This document shows positions 44,154-52,892 of a stretch of DNA of 64,000 bases, piece after piece. Both the position numbers and the translations under genes were made by a program. The notes under the pieces are model-generated. The model was not told the DNA's origin, did no database searches, and saw only the letters and a list, made by a program, of their open reading frames with translations. Each line of letters begins with the position of its first letter. Positions within the stretch are counted from its first letter, which is position 1. The DNA comes from Frankiaceae bacterium (GTDB lineage: Bacteria > Actinomycetota > Actinomycetes > Frankiales > Frankiaceae): the NCBI GenBank assembly GCA_965199805.1, contig CBDATO010000001.1:891264-955263 (forward strand), read 5' to 3'.

Positions 44154-44808
44154 CGGGCGGCAGGTCTTTCACGGCGGCTTTCCCGAGCCGCAGGTGGATG
44201 CCGTCCTTCACGTCCGTGACCTCGCTGATCGGGATGGCGACCTCCTTGCGGCCGAAGAGGTGCCCCTCCTGCAGCAACACATGCGTGACCTTGTGCGTGC
44301 GCGGGTCGATCACCAGGCCGTGCACGCGGCCGATGTCGCCGTCACTGGCGTGCACCGGCTCGCCGCGGTGGATCGCGACCTCACCGGCGGGGAGGTCGTC
44401 GACGATCTCCCCGCGCGGGGCGTTGTTGCCGAAGTCCTCGAACACCGCGGTGCCGGACCCGCCCAGCTGGAAGTACGGCCAGCCGAGCACCTCGCTGTCG
44501 TAGCCGTAAGGCGCTCCGGTGCCGGGCAGGAAGCGGGTGTCCTCCGCGTGGTCGAGGGTCTCGAACTGCGCCAGCGTGCACGACAGCTCGATGTCGTCGT
44601 CCGCCGCCACGACCATCCGCACCGGGACGAGCCGGCCGAGGCCCCAGCGTCCTTCCGGCTCCACGACCAGGTGGGCGACCGCCCGGGCGACCGGGTTGAT
44701 CACGACCGTGACGAGCTTGCCGCACGGCCCGTCGGAGCACCGCACCTCGGCACCGATCTCGAAACGTTCAGACGCGCCCTGAGTCACCACGCGGTGATCG
44801 TAAGTCAC
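44137..44808 (-). CDS. PRC-barrel domain protein (two tandem PRC-like modules)
   Basis: 223 aa. Repeated pattern: ...G.lv.VVI.P....V.HLVV and ...DG.IG.V.GLVIDP.THKVTHVLL. GTG start abuts the PBP4 pseudogene stop (TGAGTG). Confidence 0.65.
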   Translation of the reverse strand: MTYDHRVVTQGASERFEIGAEVRCSDGPCGKLVTVVINPVARAVAHLVVEPEGRWGLGRLVPVRMVVAADDDIELSCTLAQFETLDHAEDTRFLPGTGAPYGYDSEVLGWPYFQLGGSGTAVFEDFGNNAPRGEIVDDLPAGEVAIHRGEPVHASDGDIGRVHGLVIDPRTHKVTHVLLQEGHLFGRKEVAIPISEVTDVKDGIHLRLGKAAVKDLPPVELDS

Positions 44809-45925
44809 TCAGTTCTGTTCGTAGTGCACGTTGGTGATCGCGGCCTCGTCGGTGAGCACGCGATCACGTCGTCCAGGCTGGAGATCGCGCCGAAGTCGTT
44901 GAGGATGATCGCGTACGCGATGGTGTGGCCGCTCCTGGCGTCGACGTAGCCGGCCAGGTTCTCGGCGACGAGCTTGCCCTCCTCGACCGTCGTGCCGGTC
45001 TTGCCGTGCACGTGGCCCTTCGCCGACGAGCAGGGGCAACGCGTCGCGGTAGGTCGCCGCCACCGGGGTCCGGCTCATGAGCGTCAGCATGTCGACGATG
45101 GCGCGCGGTGACGCCTTGCTGTCCGGGCTGCCGCTGCCGTTGGTCGGGAAGTCGAACGAGTCGCCCGGGATGCCCAGGTCGATGAGCGCGGTACGCTCCG
45201 CCGCCAGCGCGCCGGTCACGGTCCGCTGTCCCTGCGAGAGGCCGTACTGGGTGAGCGCGAGGTTCGCCCCCAGGTTGAGGCTGACCTTGAGGATCAGCCG
45301 GGCCTGCTGCGCGAAGGGCAGCGAGGTGGGCGAGGCGATCGGCGTCCCTGTAGCTGTCGACGGCCGGCAGGCCGGACGTCGGGTCGGCCGCGACAGCGGG
45401 CGCGTCGACCGTGACACCGCTGCGCTGCAGGGCGGCGATGAACGCCGTCCGCGCCAGGTTGTCCGGCTTGTCGATGCGGAACGTGCCGACGAACTGCGGG
45501 CGGCCCGACAACGGCGCCTTGTAGTCGACCGGGATGGTGCCGGCGACCGTGCCGGAGCAGCCCGGGGTGCCGACGCAGTCGACGACGCCGGTGACGGACG
45601 TACCCGCCGGGGTGGTGCCGTCCGGGATGGCGACGGTGGGCTCGGTGCCCGCCGCGGTGGTCATGACCGTGCCGGTCACGGCGAAGCCGGGCGTCTTGGG
45701 CCGGTAGTCGATCTTCGCCGGCTGGCCGGGCGTGGTCGGCGTGACCGTCACGTCGATCATGTCCTCGTTCAGCATCGTCGGCGTGATCAGCAGCTGCTGA
45801 TTGGGCACCCGGTAGCTCGAGAAGAGCCGGTCGTCGACGGCGACGTCACCGTCGATACGGGTGATGCCGGCGGCCTTCACCTGGTCGGCCAGGGCCTGCA
45901 GCCCGGTCAGCGGGTCCTGCGGCAC
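44809..45925 (-). pseudogene. D-Ala-D-Ala carboxypeptidase/endopeptidase (PBP4/DacB family), 5'-truncated and frameshifted
   Basis: PBP4-like sequence is spread over three frames. Frame 1: LQALADQVKAAGITRIDGDVAVDDRLF...DSYRDAD. Frame 2: IASPTSLPFAQQARLILKVSLNLGANL...YRDALPLL. Frame 3: HVHGKTGT...LAGYVDARSGHTIAYAIILN. It then returns to frame 2 for VLTDEAAITNVHYEQN*. No SxxK region is present. The upper boundary is approximate (about +/-15 nt). Confidence 0.75.
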
Positions 45926-47365
45926 CGACGAGATCTGCCGCAGCTGCACGAGGACTTTCGTCGCCCGGGCGTGCCGGGCCGCGTTGGTGAGGCACTCCGC
46001 GACGACGAAGTAGCCGGTGCGCTGCGCCGTGGCCGACATGACGTGCGTCAGCTCCCCGGTGTCGAGCACGATCGGCAGGTCGATGCGGTCCGTCAGGTCC
46101 TCGACGGCGTCGGCGAGGCCGCGCTCGATCAGCGCCGCCGGCAGGATGTCGTGCACCAGCCCACGCAGCTCCCGCGCCGACATGTCGATCGCGACCCGCA
46201 GCCGGGTGGCGGTCGCCTGGATCTCGGGCGTCGAGTCGGCGTGACGGGCGATCTGCTGGGCACCGAGGGCGATGGCCACCAGCTGCGCCTGCATGCCGTC
46301 GTGCAGGTCCTGGGCGATCCGGTTGCGCTCCCGGTCGCCGGCCTCGACGATGCGGCGGCCGGCCACCTGCAGCGCATGCTCGCTCGTCCGCAGCTCGGAG
46401 GTGAGCCGCTCCTGCTCGATCGCGAGAGCGACCACCCGGCCGGTGGCCTGCACCAGCCCGGGATCCTCGTTGCGCACCGGGTCGTAGCTGATCTCCACCA
46501 CCGCCTCGCCGTGCACCTGGACGGGCGCGTCGGCGAGCCACGACCCGAGCTCGTGGATCTCACCCGTACGCGCGAAGCCCCCGAGCAGCACGCCGACCGC
46601 GAAGACGATCGGTACCGCGCCCAGCAGGACCATCTGCACCGTGAAGGCCTCGGGCGGCATCAGGTGGAACAGCGGCATGATCACGTACGGCTGGATCGCC
46701 ACCCCGAGCACCGCGATCATCCCGTACGCGTAGAGCGGACCGAGCCCCCGGCGCTGGGACCGGCCGGCACGATACAACCGGACGCCCAGGATGTAGGCGG
46801 TCACGCCCATCGCGGCGAGACCGCACCCGTTCTGCACCCATTCGCCGGCCCGGTGCGCAGCCTCGGAGTCCGTCAGAGCGAGCCACCCGTCCGGGCTGTT
46901 GCTCGGCCGGAACAGGTAGAGCGGCACCTGCAACACCAGCGCGACAACGAAACCGGCCACCACCGTCAGGCGGGCGAGCCGCGACCGCAGCCTGCCGGAC
47001 GGGAACGCGAGCAGCAGGTGGACGACCATGGCGAGCGGAACGGTCGCCGTCACGACCCCTACGCAGGCCAGCACCGGGTGGTCGGTGTTGCCGAGCACGG
47101 AGAGCATCCACCCGACCGACGCGGCCACGATGATCACGCCCATGCGGCTCTTCGGCCGACGCCACCAGGCCGTCAGTCCCGCAGCCGTGTAGACCGCGCC
47201 GAGGGCCGCATACGCGACGCGTAGGCCGAGGTAAGGCCCGCCGCCGTCCGTGATGAGCGCGATCTCCAGGGCGACGACGAAGACCGACAGCGCGCCGATT
47301 CCGACGAGCGCCGGGCGCGCGGGATGACCCACGGACAAGCGCACCGGCGCGGGCGTTGTCGTCAC
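45926..47365 (-). pseudogene. NarL-type (HisKA_3) sensor histidine kinase, truncated within the HATPase domain and fused in frame to the PBP4 remnant
   Basis: Multi-TM N-terminus, H-box RIAQDLHDGMQAQL, N-box ECLTNAARHA. The sequence switches to PBP4 after VLVQLRQ, with no G1/G2 boxes. Putative GTG start at 47365. Confidence 0.7.
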
Positions 47366-47489
47366 GTACCCCGCTCCCCTGGGCTGCTCGTCCCTGTCAC
47401 TCCCCGACACCGCCCTCGACCCGGAGCGGTGGACCGCCCAGTGTGGACGCCCACGGACATCCGACCGAGGGACCCAGGTCGTGTGATCG

Positions 47490-48971
47490 TCAGAACGGGC
47501 AGGCATCGTTGCTCGCCAGAGGGCCGCTGGTCTCCCAGGGAGTGCTGAACGTGGTTCGGCGCTTGGACGGCACGGGCTTGTCTGGTCGGGGCTCAGACGG
47601 TTCGGGATCCGGTGGTGCGGGTTCGGCGGGGATGTCGAAGTCCGCGTCGTCAGGTGGCCGGTAGTCGTACCGGGCGACGGGATAGTGCCGGCCGAGGGGA
47701 CTGACCCAGACCGGTGGTTCGGTGTCGCTGGTCGTGAGGGTCCATCGGGTTTCATGCTTGACGCGGTGGTGTTTGGGACACAGCGGGTGCAGGTTGTGCC
47801 GGCACGTTTCCCCACCATTGCCGTCGGCTCGGTGAGGGACGGCGTGGTCGAGGTCGCAGGTCTCGGCGCGGCGGTTGCAGAACGGAAAGATGCAGGTCCG
47901 GTCACGGGCCCGGACGTAGCGGGCGAGGGCTGCGGAAGGCCGGTAGGTGCGCCGTCCGAGGTCGAGCAGCCCACCCGTCAAAGGGTCGTGCAGCAGCCGC
48001 CGCCACGACGCATCCATTGCCAGGTCGCGGGCCATCGACGCGGGAAGCGGGCCGTAGCCGGCGAGCTCGGCCGGGCGGTCTCGCAGGCCGAGCACGGTCG
48101 GCAGGTCCATGGTGACGTTGACGGTGACCTTGTACGGCTTCGGGTCGAGGGCTCCACCGTCGGCGCCGGCCTTGTCGGCTGTCTCTGCCATGGTGCCGGT
48201 GACCAGCGCCAGCAGCGCGGCCACGCGGAGCTGCCCGGCGGAGCGGGGCGTCTGCGACCCTTTCTCGACGGCGCCGAGCTTGCGGGCAGCATCCTGAATC
48301 GTTGCGTAGATCGCCAGCACATCCGCCGCATCCCCGACCACGCGCAGTTCGGCCTGGCCGTCGTCGCGGCGGAAGTAGTCCACGTCGTGCTGGACCTTTG
48401 CGGTCCCCGCGGCCTTACGCGTCCGGTCCGGCGTGATCAGCGTCAGCGCCCGCCGCAGCGACGTCCGCAGCTGCGCCAACGACTGCTTACGCGCCCGCGG
48501 AAGAACCCGCCGCGCGATCCATACCGCCTGGGCGTCGGTGAGCGTGGACGTGACATCGCATATCGCGGCGGCCTGCCAGAAGATGATGTCTCCAGACCGC
48601 AAAGCCTCAGCCACCATGTTCAGGCGGCCCGACAGGGCATCGGCGACCATGATCCGGTTGTCCGCCGTGATCTCCGACATCCGGACCGCCGCTGCCACCT
48701 CACAGCACAACGAGCGTTCCGCCAGCTCCCGTTCGTCGGCAGTGCCGCGGTCTTCGAGCCCTCGTACGGAGCGGGCAGCGGCTGCGATAGCCACACAGCT
48801 GCATGAGGCGACGTAGGCGGTTTGCCGCTCCCACGCCACCATCAGATCGGCGATCCCCGACGGTTTCAGTTGATCGATACGGACCTTGTCCAAGGCGGTA
48901 ATCACCTCCGGACCCGGCGGCGCAATCAACGCTGCTGCGACCACCCCGGAGGGAGACAATAAGTCGAACAT
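47490..48971 (-). CDS. DUF222/HNH endonuclease (REP13E12-like family)
   Basis: 493 aa. HNH motif CIFPFCNRRAETCDLDHAVPH...NLHPLCPKHHRVKH. Third-position GC is visibly lower than in neighbouring core genes. Confidence 0.85.
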   Translation of the reverse strand: MFDLLSPSGVVAAALIAPPGPEVITALDKVRIDQLKPSGIADLMVAWERQTAYVASCSCVAIAAAARSVRGLEDRGTADERELAERSLCCEVAAAVRMSEITADNRIMVADALSGRLNMVAEALRSGDIIFWQAAAICDVTSTLTDAQAVWIARRVLPRARKQSLAQLRTSLRRALTLITPDRTRKAAGTAKVQHDVDYFRRDDGQAELRVVGDAADVLAIYATIQDAARKLGAVEKGSQTPRSAGQLRVAALLALVTGTMAETADKAGADGGALDPKPYKVTVNVTMDLPTVLGLRDRPAELAGYGPLPASMARDLAMDASWRRLLHDPLTGGLLDLGRRTYRPSAALARYVRARDRTCIFPFCNRRAETCDLDHAVPHRADGNGGETCRHNLHPLCPKHHRVKHETRWTLTTSDTEPPVWVSPLGRHYPVARYDYRPPDDADFDIPAEPAPPDPEPSEPRPDKPVPSKRRTTFSTPWETSGPLASNDACPF

Positions 48972-49176
48972 GCGTTCGACTCTAGCCGGTCAAGACGGCC
49001 ATGACCAGGCCCAACAGCGATCTGTGGACAACTCGCGCGCCCCGATCACGACCGAACCGCAACAGGCCAGAAGTGCTTATGGGGCCGCGGACGCAGGGGC
49101 GCTTCAAAGGCCAAATCCTCACCCGCGGCGGACGCCGCGTGGTCAGGATGACCGATTGCCAGATGGGATCACTGGG

Positions 49177-49239
49177 TGCCCCCGAACGGGGTTTGAAACC
49201 CGCACCACCGCCTTCGGCGGGTGGTCCGACCGTCGGGGA
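49177..49239 (-). pseudogene. tRNA-Arg-like remnant (non-functional)
   Basis: Same orientation as the tRNA about 670 bp away. Shares the 3' end tgccccc plus T-arm-like and anticodon-stem-like stretches (ggtttgaaaccc; caccaccgcc...ggcgggtgg). The anticodon loop is collapsed and there is no D arm. Confidence 0.45.
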
Positions 49240-49847
49240 CGTGCAGGTCAGGAGACCTGTTCCTGGCCGGCCACCGCCTCGACCTGATCGACCGGCACGC
49301 TCCCCCGCATGTCATCAGAATGTCTGCTCGTGCCGGTCCGTGATGTTCAGGGGTCGCCCCGGGCGCGACGCCGACGTCACCGACCGGATTTGCCGGATTG
49401 CCCAGTCGCGCGGCCTGCGGAAGAACGCGGCCTGCAGCTTGTCGAGGCGTCCACCATCAAGGGACCGGAGGTCCTCGACGGCTTCAGCTTCTTAGCGAGC
49501 GAGGAGCCGGTGGACTGCCCGACAGGCGGTGCCCTTGTTGGCTAATGGCCGACCTCTTCAGCCGCTACCGCATAGAACGTGCCGGCGAGGATGCGCTCAA
49601 GCGTGCGCTTCTCGCGGAGGCGGGACTTCGGCCTGGTGCTGGGCGGTGTCGGAGCCGAGGGTCAGGTTCCCGCGGGTGACGGAGGCGGTCATCGACTGTT
49701 GTGGGTCATCGACGGTGGATCGCTGCATGAGGTGGCGGCTGGTGGCCAAGTCGCTCGGTCCACGTTGTGGGCGTTCGCTTGCCTGCCCGGGGGGCGGCGC
49801 CTTCAGCCCAGGTACCGGTCCGACCTGTTATTGCTGGTCAGACCTTG

Positions 49848-49919
49848 TGCCCCCGGCAGGATTCGAACCTGCGCCACCGCCTCCGGAGGGCGGTGCTCTA
49901 TCCCCTGAGCTACGGGGGC
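49848..49919 (-). tRNA. tRNA-Arg (anticodon CCG)
   Basis: 72-nt cloverleaf. Acceptor GCCCCCG/CGGGGGC. D arm GCTC-AGGGGATA-GAGC. Anticodon arm CCGCC-CTCCGGA-GGCGG. T arm GCAGG-TTCGAAT-CCTGC. Discriminator A, and CCA is not encoded. Confidence 0.93.
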
Positions 49920-50000
49920 GTCTGCCCTCTGGGCAGCCGCCGTTGGAGCGTCCCAATCAGCGGTGTCAGGTTATCAGTGAAGTCAGCTCCGCCGGGGTGC

Positions 50001-50663
50001 TCAGTGCAGCGTCACCACCCAGCCGCGCGCCGGCTCGCCCCCCGGCGTCACCCACGACGCCTCCACGTGACCGACGGCGGTCTCATCGCTGTGCCCGGGG
50101 GCCAGCAGGCGGCGCAGCGCGAGCACCAGCTGCCGCCCCTGCGGTTCGGCGGTATCCGTGGCGTCGACGACCACGGTCGTGCCGACCGCGTCACTGCTGG
50201 TGACCCGGGAGCCATGCGCGTCGACACGGCCGTCGAGGGCGCAGCCTGCGGTGACCGTCGGATCCGGGGTGTCGCTGACCGTCTGGGCCTGCGGCTCGGC
50301 GAGGCCCTGGACCAGCAGGAGCAGCTGGGCGACGGCGACCGGGTCGAACGCGGCGTCGTAGATCCAGCGCTTGCCGAGGACGCCGTGCTCGGACGTCCCC
50401 AGCAGTGCCGCGGCGGGGGCGTCGGAAGGCGCACCGCGGTAGGCCAGCGGCACGGCGTAACCGGGCGCGTCCGGATGCGCCGTGTCGGTGACGAACAGGT
50501 ACTCGACACCCACCTCGCCGGCCGGGTCGTCCAACCGGAAGCCGCCCGCGCGCTCCAGCCGCAGACCGGCCGGGCCGCGTACGTACCAGGGCTGCTGCGG
50601 CAGCCACTGCGCGACCAGGTCGAGCTTGGCCGGCTGCATGGTGGTGCGGTGGAGCTGGGACAT
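50001..50663 (-). CDS. maltokinase N-terminal cap-like domain protein (often annotated as a glucan branching protein)
   Basis: 220 aa from the ATG at 50663. LDLVAQWLPQQPWY...FRLDDPAGEVGVEYLFV...YAVPLAYR parallels the N-terminus of pep2 at 474. Confidence 0.65.
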   Translation of the reverse strand: MSQLHRTTMQPAKLDLVAQWLPQQPWYVRGPAGLRLERAGGFRLDDPAGEVGVEYLFVTDTAHPDAPGYAVPLAYRGAPSDAPAAALLGTSEHGVLGKRWIYDAAFDPVAVAQLLLLVQGLAEPQAQTVSDTPDPTVTAGCALDGRVDAHGSRVTSSDAVGTTVVVDATDTAEPQGRQLVLALRRLLAPGHSDETAVGHVEASWVTPGGEPARGWVVTLH

Positions 50664-50761
50664 GGGGACACTCTTCCCGGTGCGGCCCCACGGGTCGCAG
50701 CAGGGACCACGGTGGTTAGCTGAATGACGGCGAATGCCATCAGGACGCGCGAGGAGGACGG

Positions 50762-51364
50762 ATGACCACCACCGCCGCAGCCGACACGACACCGACCTAC
50801 CCGGAGCCCAGGTTCCGCAGCATGGAGGAGGCGACCCCGGAGGAGCTGGCCGTCCTCGTGGCGGAGTCGTCGCGGATCCTGAACGGGCAGCTCGTGCAGA
50901 CGATGGTCGGCCTGCTGGACCACCTCAAGGGCGCCAAGATGGGCAACCCCGTCGACCGCTACGAGCACTCGCTGCAGACCGCGACCCGCGCCTACCGCGA
51001 GGGCGCCCACGTCGACATGGTGGTCGCCGCGCTGCTGCACGACGTCGGTGACGCTATGGCGCCTGCCAACCACAGCGAGCTCGCCGCCGCGATCGTCGCG
51101 CCGTACCTCGACGCCGAAGCCACCTGGGTCGTCCGGCACCACGGCGTCTTCCAGGGCTACCACTACTGGGACAAGCTCGGCCTCGACCACACGGCCCGGG
51201 AGCGCTACCGCGGCAACCCGTACTTCGACGCCGCCGCCCACTTCTGCGCCGCGTGGGATCAGGTGGCCTTCGACCCGGACTACGACACGCTGCCGCTCGA
51301 GACCTTCATGCCGATGCTCGACGAGGTTTTCAGCCGCCCGGCGAGCGGCTTCGGCAGCGACTGA
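50762..51364 (+). CDS. HD-domain phosphohydrolase
   Basis: 200 aa with H...HD metal motif (YEHSLQT...ALLHDVGD). Confidence 0.7.
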   Translation: MTTTAAADTTPTYPEPRFRSMEEATPEELAVLVAESSRILNGQLVQTMVGLLDHLKGAKMGNPVDRYEHSLQTATRAYREGAHVDMVVAALLHDVGDAMAPANHSELAAAIVAPYLDAEATWVVRHHGVFQGYHYWDKLGLDHTARERYRGNPYFDAAAHFCAAWDQVAFDPDYDTLPLETFMPMLDEVFSRPASGFGSD

Positions 51365-51410
51365 GCGCCGCCCTTGACCTCAACCGGGCTTGAGGTTGCA
51401 CCGTGAGCGG

Positions 51411-51824
51411 ATGACCTTCACCGCGCAAGAACTCGACTACCTCAAGAGCCAACAGCTGGGCCGGCTCGCCACCGAGCAGCCGAACGGGACGCTGCAGGTC
51501 AGCCCGGTCGGCTACACGGTGAACGACGTGACAGGCGCCATCGACATCGGCGGCTTCTTCATGTCGACCAGCCAGAAGTACCGCAACGTCGTGGCCAACG
51601 CGAAGGTCGCCTTCGTGGTCGACGACGTGCCGTCGGTCGACCCGTGGCGCGTACGCTGCCTGGAGATCCGCGGCAGCGCCGAGGCGATCGCGCCGACCCA
51701 CCCCGCGACGCCCGGCGACGACGACGCGCTCATCCGGATCCACCCGACCCGCGTGATCAGCTTCGGCTTGGACGGCGTGAGCGACCCGCACGAGATGCTG
51801 GAGAAGATGCGCGAGGGCGCCTGA
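51411..51824 (+). CDS. PPOX-class F420-dependent oxidoreductase
   Basis: 137 aa. LDYLKSQQLGRLATEQPNGTLQVSPVG is typical of this family. Start placed at the ATG at 51411. Confidence 0.78.
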   Translation: MTFTAQELDYLKSQQLGRLATEQPNGTLQVSPVGYTVNDVTGAIDIGGFFMSTSQKYRNVVANAKVAFVVDDVPSVDPWRVRCLEIRGSAEAIAPTHPATPGDDDALIRIHPTRVISFGLDGVSDPHEMLEKMREGA

Positions 51825-51838
51825 CCCCGGACAGCGGA

Positions 51839-51870
51839 GTGGCCGATGGATCCGCGGATCCATCGGCCAC
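51839..51870. terminator. perfect 14-bp hairpin between convergent PPOX and hpnH genes
   Basis: gtggccgatggatc-cgcg-gatccatcggccac. Followed by TTCGT on the plus strand. Lies 14 nt after the PPOX stop and 15 nt from the hpnH stop. Confidence 0.5.
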
Positions 51871-51885
51871 TTCGTACAGCTGAGG

Positions 51886-52890
51886 TCAGACCCCGGCGGC
51901 TGCCCGCACGGTCTGCTTCAGGGAGCTCATCGTCGCGATGACGGCGGCAGGCTCGTAGCCGCAGTGCGCCATGCAGTTGTCGCAGCGCGGGTCCTTGCCA
52001 CGGCCGAAGCTGTCCCAGTCGGTGTCCTCGAGCAGCTCCTTGTACGACTGCGCGTAGCCGTCGTCGAGCAGGTAGCACGGCTTCTGCCAGCCCAGCAGCG
52101 AGTACGACGGGATGCCCCACGGCTTGCACTCGAAGTCGGCCTTGCCCTCGAGGAAGTCGAGGAACAGCGGCGAGTGGTTGAGGCGCCACTTCTTGCGCCG
52201 CTTCTGGCTGAACGCCTCCTTGAACAGCGCCCGGGTCTGCTCGACCCCGAGGAAGCCGTCCTGGTCGGGCGCCTTGCTGTACGCGTAACCGGGCGAGATC
52301 TGCATGTTCTCGACGCCCAACTCGTCGTTGAGGTAGTCGAGCACCTCGATGACGGTCTGCGGGGTGTCGGTGTTGAAGAAGGTCGTGTTGGTGGCGACGC
52401 GGAAGCCGGCCTTCTTCGCCAGCTTGATGGCCTCGACGGCCTGGTCGAAGACGCCGTCCTTGTTGACCGAGGCGTCGTGGCGCTCGCGCAGACCGTCGAT
52501 GTGCACGATCCAGGTGAAGTCACGGTGCGGGGTAAAGCGGTGCAGGTGCTTGGGCAGCAGCACCGCGTTGGTGCACAGCATGACCATGCGCTTGTCGGCG
52601 AGGAGGCCGTTCACGATGTCTTCGATCTGCGGGTGCATCAGCGGCTCACCGCCGGCGATCGAGACGGCGGGCGCCCCGGCCTCGCGGACGGCAGCGATGG
52701 CCTGATCGACCGGCATCCGTTGCTTCAGCAGCGCCGCCGGCTGCTGGATCTTGCCGCAGCCTGCGCAGGAGAGGTTGCAGGCGAAGAGCGGCTCGAGCTC
52801 GACCACGAGCGGGAACTTCTTCACCCCGTGCAACTTCTGGTGCATCAGGTAGCGACCGATGCGCAGGTTTTGGCGCATTGGCATGGCCAT
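51886..52890 (-). CDS. hpnH: adenosyl-hopene transferase (radical SAM)
   Basis: 334 aa. Radical-SAM CxxxCxxC motif (ACNLSCAGCGK) and the characteristic N-terminus MRQNLRIGRYLM. Confidence 0.9.
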   Translation of the reverse strand: MAMPMRQNLRIGRYLMHQKLHGVKKFPLVVELEPLFACNLSCAGCGKIQQPAALLKQRMPVDQAIAAVREAGAPAVSIAGGEPLMHPQIEDIVNGLLADKRMVMLCTNAVLLPKHLHRFTPHRDFTWIVHIDGLRERHDASVNKDGVFDQAVEAIKLAKKAGFRVATNTTFFNTDTPQTVIEVLDYLNDELGVENMQISPGYAYSKAPDQDGFLGVEQTRALFKEAFSQKRRKKWRLNHSPLFLDFLEGKADFECKPWGIPSYSLLGWQKPCYLLDDGYAQSYKELLEDTDWDSFGRGKDPRCDNCMAHCGYEPAAVIATMSSLKQTVRAAAGV

Positions 52891-52892
52891 GG

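Noticed and set aside
45077-47224. 715-aa plus-strand ORF
   Set aside because: It is antisense to the kinase/PBP4 remnants and has low-complexity Arg/Gly/Asp/His composition.
44864-47974. Treating the 1036-aa ORF as one genuine protein
   Set aside because: Its first ~200 codons overlap the HNH gene in another frame and are Pro/Ser/Thr/Arg junk. The remainder is a kinase fragment joined to a PBP4 fragment, and its tail is out-of-frame read-through.
49177-49239. Second functional tRNA
   Set aside because: An acceptor-like stem can be drawn, but the anticodon arm collapses to a 3-nt loop and there is no D arm. It is kept only as a tRNA-derived remnant.
47366-49847. Intact prophage or integrative element at the tRNA
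   Set aside because: No integrase, excisionase, transposase or structural gene could be recognised. Only the HNH/DUF222 gene and broken ORF fragments are present.
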